DNA of 64,000 nt from Lingula anatina. Lineage: Eukaryota; Animalia; Brachiopoda. Made by a program: the position numbers and the translations under genes. The stretch covers positions 27,652,001 through 27,716,000 of the forward strand of contig CM120642.1 in assembly GCA_051362555.1 (NCBI GenBank). The letters are read 5' to 3'. Below, in pieces: positions 1 through 13,280 of this stretch. The first letter of the stretch is position 1. Every line of letters starts with the position of its first letter. The notes under the pieces are model-generated. The model had not been told where the DNA came from. It saw nothing but the letters and a program-made list of their open reading frames with translations, and did not search any database.

Positions 1-1486
1 AAGAAAGGAACACCCCCAGAAAACCATATCAACAGTTTGATGTCAGTATAAACTTTAAGATAAGATATTGAAGAAAATGATAGCCTCCGGACAGTGATAT
101 GTTACACAGTCAAAGAACTCACTACAGTAAATCATGAAAAGTCAGTAATTGCGGGTATGACCTCCAGCAGCCGCTTGCAGTGCCCTCATCCCACATGGCA
201 TACCCTGTGACACGTTTTTTAGAGTTTGGGTGGGGATATCATTCCGCCAGTGATATTTGCCTGTCGCAGTTCATCACTATTTACCGGCCGAGGACCATAG
301 CTATTAATTCTGTGAGTTACTTCCGCCCACAGATTTTCGATTGGGTTCATATCTGGAGAGTTTGCCGGCCAGGGCAGTTGCTGAACCCATTGGTTTTGAT
401 AAAAAACAGTGATTCTGCGGCCTCGATGGTGGGTTGTGCAGTCGTCTTGGTGCACAAAGTTGTTCCTGAAGATGACTCTTACCAATCGAAGCATTGTTTG
501 CTGTAGAATGTCTCTGTAGGAATCCTGGATGAGGTTGCCTCCTAGAAAAACCAACTGGTTCTGGGCACCGACATGAATTGCTCCCCAAACAGAGACGTTA
601 CCATCCCCTGCTTGCACCCTAGGCAGTACACAATCATCGTTTTATGCCCCTCGTACACGTCGGTGGACACGGATTCGACGATCAACCCTAAAAAATCCAT
701 ATCTGGCCTCATCACTGAAAACGACGTGATTCCAGTGTTTTGGCTGCAAACGCACGTGGTCCCCAGCCCATTGCATACGTCGCTGTATATGACCTGCTGC
801 TTACAGTGGTTTCCCTACTGGCCTTCGTGCAAAATAACCGGCTTGCAGTAATCTCTTGTTCACAAGGGAACTTGAAACGGGCGTTTGAATGACATTTTGC
901 CTCTCTTTTCTGAGGACACTGGTTGTCTTTGTACGACCAGCACGGCGTCCTCTAAGGAGAAGGCGATCCTGTCTTCTTGGTGTGATACGCGGACACCCTG
1001 GTAGAGGTATTGGAGTAGGTGCCCCTGTTGCAGCATTTCTTTGGAGGACTTCACAAACGGTTTCTGATAAATGTTGAATTACCTGGCAATTGCTGTCCGT
1101 TTCTGGCCATTTTCTCTGACAGCAAGAATCCCATAGTAAGCTGTGTTGCTTAGCTGTCGAACCATATCTTCACTAAGGTACCTGTCAAGTTTCAGAGCGA
1201 TCCCTTTGTTGCTTCTCTAAACACACTCCAAAGATTGACCAAACCCATGCGTTTTTATACAAGGGCAGAAATTGCCGAAAAGACCACCCCTCACATTTCT
1301 GACCACAGAACATGCAACTGCATGCATCAATTGTTTCGAGAGTTGTGTGGTAATTAGATAACACACCTGGCTACACATGGAGTGACACCTCAGCTTTGGA
1401 TTTAAAGTAGTTAGAGAGAAATTAAATATTTTGTAGAAAATTTACTCGCCAAAAAATAATATTCCATATTAAGTGGTAACCCTGTA
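1..1486 (-). mobile_element. Decayed Tc1/mariner DNA transposon (copy 1); transposase pseudogene, 3' end probably outside the window
   Basis: Minus-strand translation shows Tc1 DDE motifs: 'VVFSDEARY' (~700-730), 'VSVWGAI', 'FVHQDD', 'LPWPANSPDMNPIENLW' (ORF 219-617). Probable ATG near 1165 (MVRQLS...) is followed by in-frame stops and frameshifts. The terminus 'aatattccatattaagtggtaaccctg|ta' at 1458-1486 gives CAG after TA on the minus strand. Confidence 0.85.
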
Positions 1487-1491
1487 TGTCA

Positions 1492-2949
1492 TACAGCAAC
1501 CATTAAAATTGGTATTTTGGATCTCCATATTTTACAAATGATCGTCTGTAAAAGAGTAACACGCCCCACAAAGGACCCTCATGTCAGTGTCTAGTCACAG
1601 CAACGGTCGCTGTTACGCCTGACTTCTTCTGGCTGCTACCAGGTCTCTCAAGCGGCAAGGCATTTCTTGGGATAGGTTTTTAGAGTTCAATCTGGAATAA
1701 TATTCCAGGCATTGACCAAAACTTGTCCAATTTGGTTCAGTTTTGTTGCACGACATGTAAGCTGTTGATTCGGCTAGTAATGGCCTACCAACATATTGTC
1801 TATGTGGTTCAAATTTGGCGATTTTGATAACCAAGGAAGTTGCTCAGTCCCTTGGTTCTGAAAGTTATCTGCTATTAAGAGTGTTCTGTGTGATCCGGCA
1901 CTCTCACCGTGCTACCTGAAATTGTTCCTAAGGTGCCCCCTATCAAATGATAGTCAAGTGGTTCCCAGATTATTCCTTTATTTGATCTGGTTCAGGTTTT
2001 CATCGATGACTTCTCTTGGTGTTTTGGCACCAATGTGGTATCCAGTCCAGATACTGACGCTGTCAATGACCCTAGTCACTTTAGACTTGGCACACTCTTC
2101 ATCATAGGCCTCTTCTGGATGTCTGTAAATTCTGTTTTGACTAATTGAGCGGTACAGGTGAAATCTGACCTCAGTAAAGAAAGCCACGCGGTTTCAGTGT
2201 TTTACCCAGAAACTGTCACGGTCCCCAATTCATTAAAAAAACAGACGACGCTGTTTTACCGTTTACAGTAGGTTTCCGGAGGTCGTCTGGTATTCTAACC
2301 TGCTTAAACAAGTTTGTTATTCGCTAAGGGCCTTGAAAACCGCCTTTTGAGAGCAATTTAGCCCTCGTTCTGAACGGACTGGGTGGTTTTTGTTCAGTTG
2401 CAGCAGCATATCCCGAAAGACAGTGAGTCCTGTACCCTGCTGGCATGATTTTGATACATTGGGTGTGGCCTCTGTGTAGGTACATCAGTCTGGGCATTAC
2501 TCTATAAAACTATGCGGACCGTTCTGTTTGACGCAATAATCTGTCTGACAATGTCTTTCATTTTAGCACCATTCTACCACAGATAAAGCATTTTTTAAAA
2601 CACCACTTAGTTCATTTTAAGCACTGCAAACCGACCGCTTGCATGCAAAATTTCCAATTATTTTATGCAGTAGTTGCCGACATATGGATACTTTTTTGAT
2701 AGAACCATGCTTTGGCACACCCAAGCTTGGACCAGTCCAAAGGAGCACTACCCAATTAAATCATTGCATATTACACAATTCAGCAGTGCAATAAACATGG
2801 TAGTCAGTTAATTAGTAGAGACACACCTCACTACACACTTTTCCATTCACATATCTTATATGAGATCGGATTTCTTTGAAAAAAGAACGCATTTTTACCT
2901 AGGCATACCTTCTAAACTAAAATATTCCATATTAAATGTCAAGTCTGTA
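1492..2949 (-). mobile_element. Decayed Tc1/mariner DNA transposon (copy 2), apparently full-length with TA flanks
   Basis: Ends are TA|CAG at 1492-1496 and CTG|TA at 2945-2949. The right end 'aatattccatattaaatgtcaagtctgta' resembles the end of copy 1. Minus-strand remnants: 'VAFFTEVRFHLYR..RIYRHPEEAYDEEC..SVSIW' (1978-2190), 'LPWLSKSPNLNHIDNM' (~1795-1842, degenerate WPxxSPDLNPIEN) and 'EMPCRLRDLVAAR' (Tc1 C-terminus). Many frameshifts. Confidence 0.7.
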
Positions 2950-3312
2950 TATTTGTGACGGCACGTTTTAGCATCTTACATGTACTTCGGCTCCATCTTT
3001 TTGGTTTTGTTGATTTTTCTCCTTTGATATACATGTAGATTATAAATGACATCGAGTGAGATATTAAGTCCGCGGATCAGCTTTGGTTGTGAGTGCGGCC
3101 TTTGGTTGTGAATGTGGCCATAGTAATCAAGACCTATGGGCACGCTACCACAAATACCCTAAAAGTTGTTGAATGATGATTAAAAACCTTGATCCATTTG
3201 TGTTTAGAAATTGTACTGTCTGCTTATATATAGTAACACATCACGTGAACTCTTCTGCAATAAATATTGTTTTTTGGTGTGTCGACTATGATTGCAGTAA
3301 GCTAGCTCTATG

Positions 3313-3526
3313 GCTGTATTCCCAAAGCTTTTAGATCGATCTATCCCCGCGGGGAGTCTCACTAGATTACTGTCAGATAATCCGGCTTAAATGTCCGTCC
3401 CGCCTACTACAAGCTGTAAGGGGGTAATTAACTTTCGTGTCCGCTCGGCTGACAGCTATTTAGCGTGAACCCCCAGGGAGTTAGGTCGATCTAAAGTAGA
3501 TAGATCTAATCTCTGGAAATGGGGTC
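3313..3526. mobile_element. Palindromic MITE-like element (GATCGATC-containing family)
   Basis: Inverted arms 'ttagatcgatcta..tcactagattactgtcag' and 'ctgacagctatttagcgtga..taggtcgatctaa'. Motifs are shared with the elements at 21.2, 24.5 and 36.9 kb. Confidence 0.5.
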
Positions 3527-3662
3527 TATTTCACTGTCAAGCTGTCAAATTGGGGTGCAAATAAATAAAATTAAAAGATTGATCACGCCCAATATAAACT
3601 TTATATTTTTCGTCCGTTCATACATTAAAAATATTTTCCACATTTTAGTGGGAGTCGATATC

Positions 3663-3664
<2 letters not shown>

Positions 3665-3723
<59 letters not shown>
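3665..3723. repeat. (TTA)n microsatellite
   Basis: About 19 tandem TTA units; explains the spurious poly-Tyr ORF 3519-3773. Confidence 0.95.
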
Positions 3724-3724
<1 letters not shown>

Positions 3725-4170
3725 TGTTTTAATAACATTAAAGCACAGTATTAACGCCACGGAATTGGTTTAAATTTACAAAACGCTTTGGTCTATATAG
3801 AGCAATTACCCGCTTTGTAAAATCGTTCAATTATATTACATTGTTAAATTATCTCTGAAAAATTGATATCCAGATATCGACTTTGAGACTTGGGAGGGTT
3901 TTTAATTTCACATCCTTAGTAGAAATGAATAATTTTCACACTTGAAAAAAAAAAAAAACCATGCAGATTCTAGCAGTAAGCGATTTCGTGGAAACCTCTC
4001 TTGCTGTACTTAGCACAAAGCCTGGTCCTATAACAACCAGTCATCTTTGTTTTGGTAAATAAACTAAGGTTCTTTGGCCTGTGTTGCAGGATGAGCATTC
4101 ATTAGTATATCCTATGATGCCTTTAACTTTGATAAACCACACCCTAATGCATGTAAGTAGCATTACCTCC

Positions 4171-4446
4171 CAGTGGCGGATTTAGATGGAGGGGGGCGGG
4201 GTTGGGGGGCTCCTGACCCCCCCTCTTTGGTTTCTGAAAAATATATCACACCAATATTCCCCTCTTTAAATTAGGATTTTAACTAACTAAATCATAGTTC
4301 TAAAACGTACCAAAGGGCACTGTTTGCTCTCCAAAATACCAATATCTTTTTTAAACTCCACACCAAGGGGACGATGGTCGGCTTTGCATCTGAGGCCTGT
4401 CGTTACGGACCCCCCCCCCCTTCAAATAATCCTGGATCCGCCCCTG
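4171..4446. mobile_element. Non-autonomous DNA element (MITE) with CAG(T/G)GGCGGAT..ATCCGCCCCTG termini
   Basis: Left end 'cagtggcggatttag', right end 'ctggatccgcccctg'. Flanked on both sides by 'acctcc' (4165-4170 and 4447-4452), a candidate 6-bp target-site duplication. Confidence 0.7.
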
Positions 4447-5240
4447 ACCTCCACCAAGGAGATATGTTTTCACCTCTGTTCGCCTGTTTGTCTGTCTGTT
4501 CGTCACCAGGCTTTAGCAAACCCGAAACACAACGGATGGGTTTTGAAAAAAAATCAGGACAGTATACATTACCAGAGAATCGTACACAATTATACACTGT
4601 ATTTGAATGAATATTGATTGAGATATTGTTTATTTGTTAGGGATGAGTTTAAAGATAAGGCTATTAAAACTTGGTAAGTGAAATAATGATGTGACTTTTC
4701 CAAGAATAGGACAATACATACGTCAACTGGGTAATGAGAGCTGAGGATGATGTCAGCGCTTATTAAAGATTTTAATATCCTCATGACAAAAGAACAGCGG
4801 GACGCAAAAAAAAAAAAAAATAAAAAAAAATTAACTAAACATTCGCCCTGTATATACAGTATATGAAATAATGATGAACACCACACCTCAAATGTCAATT
4901 GCGTGACGTGAAATGAGGATGAAGTCAGCGTTTTTCTTAGATTTTAATATCCGCATGGCAAATGAAAAGTGATTCGCAAAACACAAATTGGACTGAACAT
5001 CCCCCCTCCCCAAAAAATGAAGTGCAAATTTTGCTTGAAAACAGCTTCTCAAAGTAGTCTTTTTTATTATCCAGCAGTGAATCCTTGTGGTACATGTAGC
5101 ACTCAGTATGATATGAAATTCAGTCTTCTTTATTTAATTACTTATTTAAATCAGCACTTACATTATCATGCTTAAGTCTGACTTTCCTGTGTAATAGCGT
5201 TGATACATGTAAACTGGAAATTGTTGTGGCCTGTAAAACC

Positions 5241-5606
5241 CTTAGCCGACACACTAAGCTCTTTGGTAGCTTTCTATGAGTCATGTGCCATAAAGTACTC
5301 GACTGTCCTCAAATCTGTTTTGTTGCCATACATTAAAAACCTTACAAACCAACAAACGTACAGTAAAAGAGCGTGTGTGACCAAAAGAAACCAAATTCCA
5401 AAAACGTAATGTTAATGATAAGAAATTCACCTCATAGAGATGCTACCAGCCTACCTCTACAAAAGAGGAGACCAGCCGATAATAAGTTTTCAATTGTTTA
5501 TTAGGTATCAAGTAGACATGAATCGCTGATCAGCTTTGAGGACAGTCGAGTCCTTCATGGCACATGACTCATAGAAAACTACCAAAGAGGTTCGTGCGTC
5601 GGCGAA
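5241..5606. mobile_element. MITE-like element with ~75-bp terminal inverted repeats
   Basis: 5241-5317 'gccgacacac..ctctttggtagctttctatgagtcatgtgccataaagtactcgactgtcctcaaa' is the reverse complement, with few mismatches, of 5531-5606 'tttgaggacagtcgagtccttcatggcacatgactcatagaaaactaccaaagag..cgtcggc'. Confidence 0.7.
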
Positions 5607-6750
5607 ATGAAACAAATTACAAAAAAAGAAAAAAGTTCATTGACTTTTTCTTGAAAATTATATGATGACACCTTCGGGCAATAGGATCCTCAATTCCGTT
5701 CTTCGACTAGATCTTAAATGGAACTTCTGAATAAAAAGCTGATGAAACATGATGGTGTTAATCAAATTGTATTAATGGTGGTTGTATTAATAGTGATTGA
5801 GGTACATGTAAGTGACAGGAAGCCGCTCCAATCTTAGGGACAAACCGCCACTTCTGATTTTTATGTTAGTATGAAAGCACGCGTCAACGGTGAGTGAACT
5901 CAATTAAAAGACAACTTGAACTGGAATATTTAATAAAAAATACATTTATCATTGATTACATCCCAAGGCGTACAACAGTCTGCAAAAATTGACTGAAATT
6001 ATGTGTAGCAAACGTGTTCGCTAAATTAGGTATTAAATGCAAGCTGACAACATTTCGTTTTGTGTCCTTCAATAACCTTTAATTGAATTAAAAGGGGAAG
6101 TTATTGAATGATATGTCAGAGATTAGATGTTAGTCGAAGTAACTGCGTGACTTTTATGCGTAATTCGTATATGTATCGACTTCGTTAATCAACGTCTAGT
6201 TTAATAGGTTGACGTCTTTCAGTGTTAAATATAATACAGCTTTTAGATAAAAAATGTGTTTAAATAGATATGCGCAGTTAGCAGAGAATTAAATTAAGGA
6301 ATAAATGAAATTCCAGAATTATTTTAATGTAAAAAAAAGGAATAGTTTAAAACATTAGTGTCTATTAACAGTTGGAGGATACATGCGTTTCAACTTTGCA
6401 CGTTAGCAAGCCAAAACTTAATTATTAACATGTGAATCGTGCGAGTATGTTGATACATATGTAATCAATGCAGGTCAACCTCAATAGATTTATGAAGATA
6501 AGCCCCTTTTATCAAGTATCTCATGTGACAGATATTAAAGCTGGTCAAGATAACATTCTGATATCAAAATAGTTCACATTTATATGTAGCGAAGGCACGC
6601 AGCTGCTAAAGTGTGTCAAACCTGTGTGTCCATTTAACCCTTTTTACATCGACACGTGCGATATATTCCGATGCCGTAAGGACAGGGCCAAAATGGTCAC
6701 GTTCCAAGTAGAAACCAGCATGTAGCTTGGCAGTATCCGAGTTCGTCCAA

Positions 6751-9479
6751 ATGGCGCATCAGAGTCAAGGACACGAGAAGATACCAGCAGAGAGCCAAGG
6801 CAGCCAGAACACTGCCGCCAAAGAACTGGTGGTCGTGGCAATTGATTTCGGCACTTCTTTTAGTGGGTACGCCTATTCGTACACCCATGAGCCCTCCCGT
6901 ATATACATGAACAAAAACTGGGGGAACGAGGTGGGATGTGCCCTGTACAAAACCCCCACCTGTCTCCTGCTGAGACCCGATGGCACCCTAGACTCGTTTG
7001 GATTTGAAGCGACCGAGAAGTATGCAGAAATGGAAGAAGAGGACTGTCACAAAGAGTGGTTTTACTTTGACAGGTTTAAGCTAAAACTACACACAGAAGT
7101 GGTAGGTTGATGTGTTTTGTTATTCCCTGCTTCCTTCCCTCCCTCTCACTCACTCACTCACTCAATCCCCTCAAACCCTCCCTTTCTCCAAAAATACGCA
7201 CAAACGTATTCCGACACGCTCACATACGATCCAACACAGGGTAAGCGCGTTCACACATACTACGATCTGCACAGTAGTCCGCCTTATTACAAAACAAAAC
7301 TTATTACAGAATTTGTTGAGTAATTTCTCTGAAAATTGCATAATTAACGTAAAAATAACATAAAAATAAGGTCTCCGTACACCAAATACCTGTAGGAAGA
7401 TAGTATTGTGTTTCCTATTGTGCTAAACAATGGTCAATGGTAATACTAGTATTGAGCGCATTCAATAATAACATGGCGAACAGTTTTCAGACAGCATGCG
7501 CAATAGTAACGATGACGCATTTTCTCGTGACATCTCTATTTATTTTCTTTTATTTCCATTTTTTTCTACATAAATGAAGCCTTGTGTTTTCAGTGCTTTT
7601 TATTTCATATCTAAAATTTCTAAAATAATAGTCTTTTTTTATTTAATCTAAGCGCCCATACCTCAGGATCACCATGGTTTCCGACAAATAGTCAGTGATA
7701 GGTTTATCTGATAATTTTCAATAGCAATCACCACTTGTGGTGACATTTGTGAGCGTCCTTGATGTTAAAAGCGTAGGTTGCAGTTCTCATTCCAACACTG
7801 TTTAACTTTCTATTACATACCAAGAGGGACTTTCTTGACGATAAAGTGTTATGAACACTCGTGATTTATCTTATCATTAATACTATGCAATATATCTGTA
7901 CATATTTAGTAGCATATGTTGTACAAAGTATATCGAGTCGTATGTGACGCAATAGTCTACCAAATGTAACTGATCTTTGAAAACAAAGGTGTTTCATGTG
8001 CTAATTTCAGTACGCAATCGCTGCGTAGATGTAGATATGAGTGTTAAATTTAACGGCCACACTGTTTATAATAAAAAACTATATACTTTTTATATTTTGC
8101 TTACTCCAAAAAATTAGCTTAAAGTCGTCGAATCTATCAACATTGTTGAACTACGAAAGTTAAACCTCAGAAGAGTGAATGTAGGCCTACATATATATAA
8201 TTTATATCATCTATAATAAAAGATAATATTGATATAAAAATCCACAACAATCTCCGGTTTTGCTGTAACTAGTTATGTTAATTGGAAACACGTTGAATTT
8301 GTGCACGTGTTTTTGGTCTTGGAACAAGTCAGGTCCAGATTAGCCTTAAAAATAGCCAAATCGATAATCCCTCCAGGGACACTGTTAATAGGAGTGTACA
8401 TAGACTGAGTAGTGCATTGTACCAACCCTTCAGGCAATTAAGGCTTGTTTTCATGAGTAATTTGAATTTCTGTTTGCAGTTCATTGGCTGTGTCCATCAG
8501 GTCTAGAAAAATAAGGAGCTTTCTTAAGATTCTGGCACGAAAAAGAATACACAAATTGGGAGGTTTCCTATTACAATTGTTATTGTGAGAACAATGAAAA
8601 AAAAACAGCATCGGTCTTTCCAGTTGGAAGCAGAAAGAAAAGCTCTGAATTTATTTAGGAGACCTTGTTTCCGCTGAATGGCTGCTGGTACAATGTTTTT
8701 ATGTTGCATATTCTTTTTTTTTAAATGTCCTCGTAACAGATAGGCAAAAAGGTTCAAAGACGTATGATTACAAAAGTCCTACAAGCATACCTTAAAGTCC
8801 TAAATATTACTACAATACAACAATACTATACAATACTACAATTGATTTATGTCTCCTTGATCTAAGCTAATTTAAATAATATGACATGCAGATAAAATAA
8901 TGGAACAAACTCAAGTACATGTATGCTGTTCGAAATTTGGCCGATGACGGCCGCATTTATTGAAAGTCCCATTACTAAAAGAAATGAAGCAGATTAATGA
9001 TAAACATTGAATAGTGTTGACAAATGACATTTAACATGTGTGCGCCCAAGAGATGCCAATGCACGTGAATAAGAATGCAGACATTCAAAAAAGCATGCTG
9101 AAAAAAATTTATATCACATAACCTACAAGTACACTAGTATATACAAACATCCATTTGAAAAGAATATTATATATTTGCATGTGTTTCTAAGATATTAACA
9201 GTACACTTACTTTGATACAACGCAGCGCCTGGACAGGAATATCAAACTGGTCGCTGCAAACGGACGTACGAAAAGCGCAATGGAGGTGTTTTCGCTGGCT
9301 ATCAGGCATTTAAGGGAGCATTTCTTTGCTAGACAGCATAATAGCGTCTCGGATCACGACGTGAGGTGGGTGATCACAGTGCCCTCTATATGGAGAGATT
9401 CGGCCAAACAGTTCATGAGGGAAGCAGCCAAAAAGGTATTGGACATGTTCCTATATGCCATGTCTCTCTCTTTCGCTGT

Positions 9480-9520
<41 letters not shown>

Positions 9521-12500
9521 ATCACGTACAAGACACGTTTTCTAGGAAAAGAAACAGGTTAATTTTGGATTGCGACTTTGTGTTCCTGTGGCTGATAATT
9601 AATGCTAAATAGATAATGCTGGTGTTTCAGAAATTTCACTCTTTGCACAAGTTGGTAATTAAGAAACCTTTCAGAATCAAATGACGGCTATGATGATTGG
9701 TGAATCTTAAAATGTAGACATCACCTCGGCGATGGTACACGTATGTCTGTTGCCTAGCATACTAAGGAATCATCCATTTTTATCATCAATTTCACAAGAA
9801 TACAAAGAGTAAACTTTTTTCAGACACAGTCCCCCAACCACCTTTAGAACGTACAAGGTGAAAATCTAAAAATAATAATAATTATGACCTTTGCCAGCTC
9901 ATCCTTTGGGATGAAGGTCATCATTTTTATTATTTTTCCAGAAACGTACATATCATTCTTGACAGGTTCTTATGCAAGACGGTATTTGTAAGACGCCGGC
10001 TGTATTAATTATTAAGACTGGGTTGCTATCAATTCTTTCAGTTACCAATAATGCCTTTGTTTACATGCTGTTCATATTCATTGCAATGTCACTGACAGTC
10101 TAGGAAGCTCTTTATTATCCGCATTACCTTTCTTTCTTTCGAGGAATATTACTGCCGATCACATTACTGTGTACGATGAACTGCTAGAGAGTTTTTATAA
10201 GCATTCAAAATATAACAATCTAACAAAATTCGTTGAAACAAGCATATCTGTTGAAACCTTGAGAGACAACTTCCTGATCATGATGTGGACTACCAATTTG
10301 GAGAGCTCCTTAATTTCAGCTTGAGAAAATTTGCATGATATCTAGTGTACATGTAGTTTTTAATGTTTAGTTAACGTGTTCTTAATACACGAAGTTCACA
10401 CGTACACACACACTCTGTTTTTACTGCATGAAAAACATAGTTTAAACATATACCAATTGAAGCTCATTCATGTACATATTCAGCACAATATTTGCCTGAT
10501 TTTTTTCCTAGGCTGGGATCAGGGTCAGTAGTCGGCTTGTCATATGCTACGAACCTGAAGCAGCGTCTGTTTTCTGCCAGCGTTTGTCCCCTCACGCGTT
10601 CGTGGGTAATTTCACGGCAGAGGGCACCAAGTACCTCGTGCTGGATTGCGGAGGTGGGTCGTTTTTTCACCCTATTTTCCAGAAGTAGGCCTATCTAAAA
10701 ATACACCTGAAGGATGCTGGAAACGACCGATAAAAAGTATACTACCAGTATAGCTTTGACACACAGGACGTGTATATTCCAATGTGATACCCTTAAAAAT
10801 GCCCTTTAAACCGTTACTAGTGTAAAATCACCATCCATATTTTTTATCAAAGGCACGGCAGGTTCAAGGCTTACACTTCTGTTGCGAGGACAAGAGTTTT
10901 GTAAGCACAGGTTACAGGTATAATGTAAATGCACAGAATTGACAGTCCTTCTTATGTAGGATTGAATAGAAAAAATAGAAATAATAATAAAAATAAAAAA
11001 TTAATAAACATAAAAATAAAACATGACATATTTCTCCCCCCTCAGGCGGGACAGTGGACGTCACCATCCAGCAGATACTGGACAACGGTCATCTGGCCAC
11101 GCTGCACAAGGCGTCCGGGGGGGCCTGGGGCGGCATAACGGTGGACAGGAAGTTTGAACAGCTACTTAAGGACATCTGTGAAGACGAATTCATTGGTAAA
11201 TATATGCTAATCCCCGAGTTATTGCTGTCAGTCAGTGTGTATCAATGAAAAACCGTTTGTAAATATATATCATATTGATAGTGTGTGTGGAGAGATTTGA
11301 AATATTTTATTATTGTTATTTTGTTGATTTCTGTGACATTTCATTCATTAACTTCTTTCTTCCGTGTTTTTATTCAATCATTTAGATAGAATACTTCATC
11401 TGGATTGATACACAGTGGCGCAGCCAGGCCTACTTAAGTGATATATCTTAATTGATTCTTTGATATTATGGTTTGCTCCAACGATAAATGTACCAGTATG
11501 AGTGCAGCCATGGAGGTATCTCAGACCTTCTTGGTGCGGCCTACCTCTGATTTCAAAAATCTAACCACATTTTTAGATGCCAAACATATAGCGCGCGGCC
11601 TACAACCATCGCTGATGGGGGACAGAAAAAAACATATCCACTATGTCCAAAATGACCAGTTAGCCTTAATTAAACTGCCCTCTGAAGTGGATGATACATA
11701 GTTAAATCAATCTATCTCTACTACACCTGGAGATATGTTACACGATACACGGAGAATGTGATGCGTGTCATTTTTTTTTCTTTCAGAGGACTACAAAGTT
11801 AGGCACCCTAGCGACTGGGTGGGACTTATAAGAGATTTTGAACTAAAGAAGCGCACCGTTAAAGGTGACAGCCCAACCATGATCAACATTCGAATTCCAA
11901 ACAGTCTACGCGAAGAATTTCAATTTGCAAGAGAAATGCCTATGAGAGACGCATGCGCAAAATGCAATCTTGGTATCCAGTGGGCTGCCGATAAGATGCG
12001 ACTGCCGCTCCTTCTGGTGACTGAATTTTTCCAAGACAGCATTACTTCTATCATTAATCACGTTAAAACATTGTTTGAAGAGCCGGAACACACTGACATT
12101 CAGTATATTGTGTTAGTTGGTGGGTTCTCTGAGTCTCCGCTACTGCAACAGGCCGTGAAGGATGCATTTCGCGACGGACACCAGGTTGTGATACCGCCTG
12201 AGGAGGCCGGGTTAGGTAAGGAGACCATGTTAATTAACTATTATTCTGAGATACGCGTGCGTCCACTTCAATATACACTGTGTAATATGTGTCCATTTCA
12301 ATACACACAAATGCGCGTGCAGATGCAAATTTACAAAAAGACGATATCAATAACACGAGCATAGTCACACACTGTAATAAAAACTTTTTTACTGCGCAAA
12401 GCGCAATCCTCATTTCCACGGTTCGTGTCACATTTTCGTTGAGTCGCTCAAGGAAAACAAACCAAAGTTTAAAGGTTTATTTGTTGATGCTCGCAAACTA

Positions 12501-13194
12501 CATGTTCTAGGTGATGTCTCCAACTTCGGAACCCTATTCCATAACTCGCGTCCGTCTTCATAGCTCTCCCAAGCGGTCTCCCCCTTAATCTGATCTCCGA
12601 GATATTACTTCTGAACGTCTTATATCCAAATTCCTTATCTAAGATGGAGTCAATGCGGCACTATTGGGCGGTGCATACAAGTTTTAATTACTCAAATTGC
12701 ACACGCCTACTAGCGTTATATAATTACATGTAAAACCATAAAAAGAGTCAAGTGCACAAGCAACTCTATTAAAATTAATTTAGAAGTCTGGGGGTTATTT
12801 ACGTGAACTAAACAACACATTTTCGCACGCTTGCACGAAAGTTTACACACATGCATGCAACCAATCCATATATACACCCATTTATTTATTTACTTATGGT
12901 ATGTGTTTGCTGAATATATAAAAATTAGTTCAAAAACGCCATCCGATCAGCATGATTTCAATCATTATGTATCTTTTATCATCTTTTATTTCTGGGCGAG
13001 TAGATGTGCTTAAGTATAATTGTTTTTTTTCTGGTACAGCGATAGTGAAAGGAGCGGTTTTGTACGGTCACAACCCAACAGTGATTCAGCGGCGAGTGTC
13101 CTCAATGACGTACGGTATCGAGTGTGTTGCAGACTTTACAGATGGGGTTCATCCTGATGAATATAAAATAAATATAGGTAGGCCCCTACCGTTC

Positions 13195-13280
<86 letters not shown>

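Noticed and set aside
3519-3773. Poly-Tyr ORF (and the VCVC, HTHT and ERER ORFs at 13.2, 27.3 and 60.6 kb)
   Set aside because: Translations of microsatellites.
4741-4962. ~50-bp imperfect direct repeat (4741-4790 and 4914-4962), and a similar ~40-bp pair at 36298-36385
   Set aside because: Local duplications with no coding, terminal-repeat or recognisable RNA structure.
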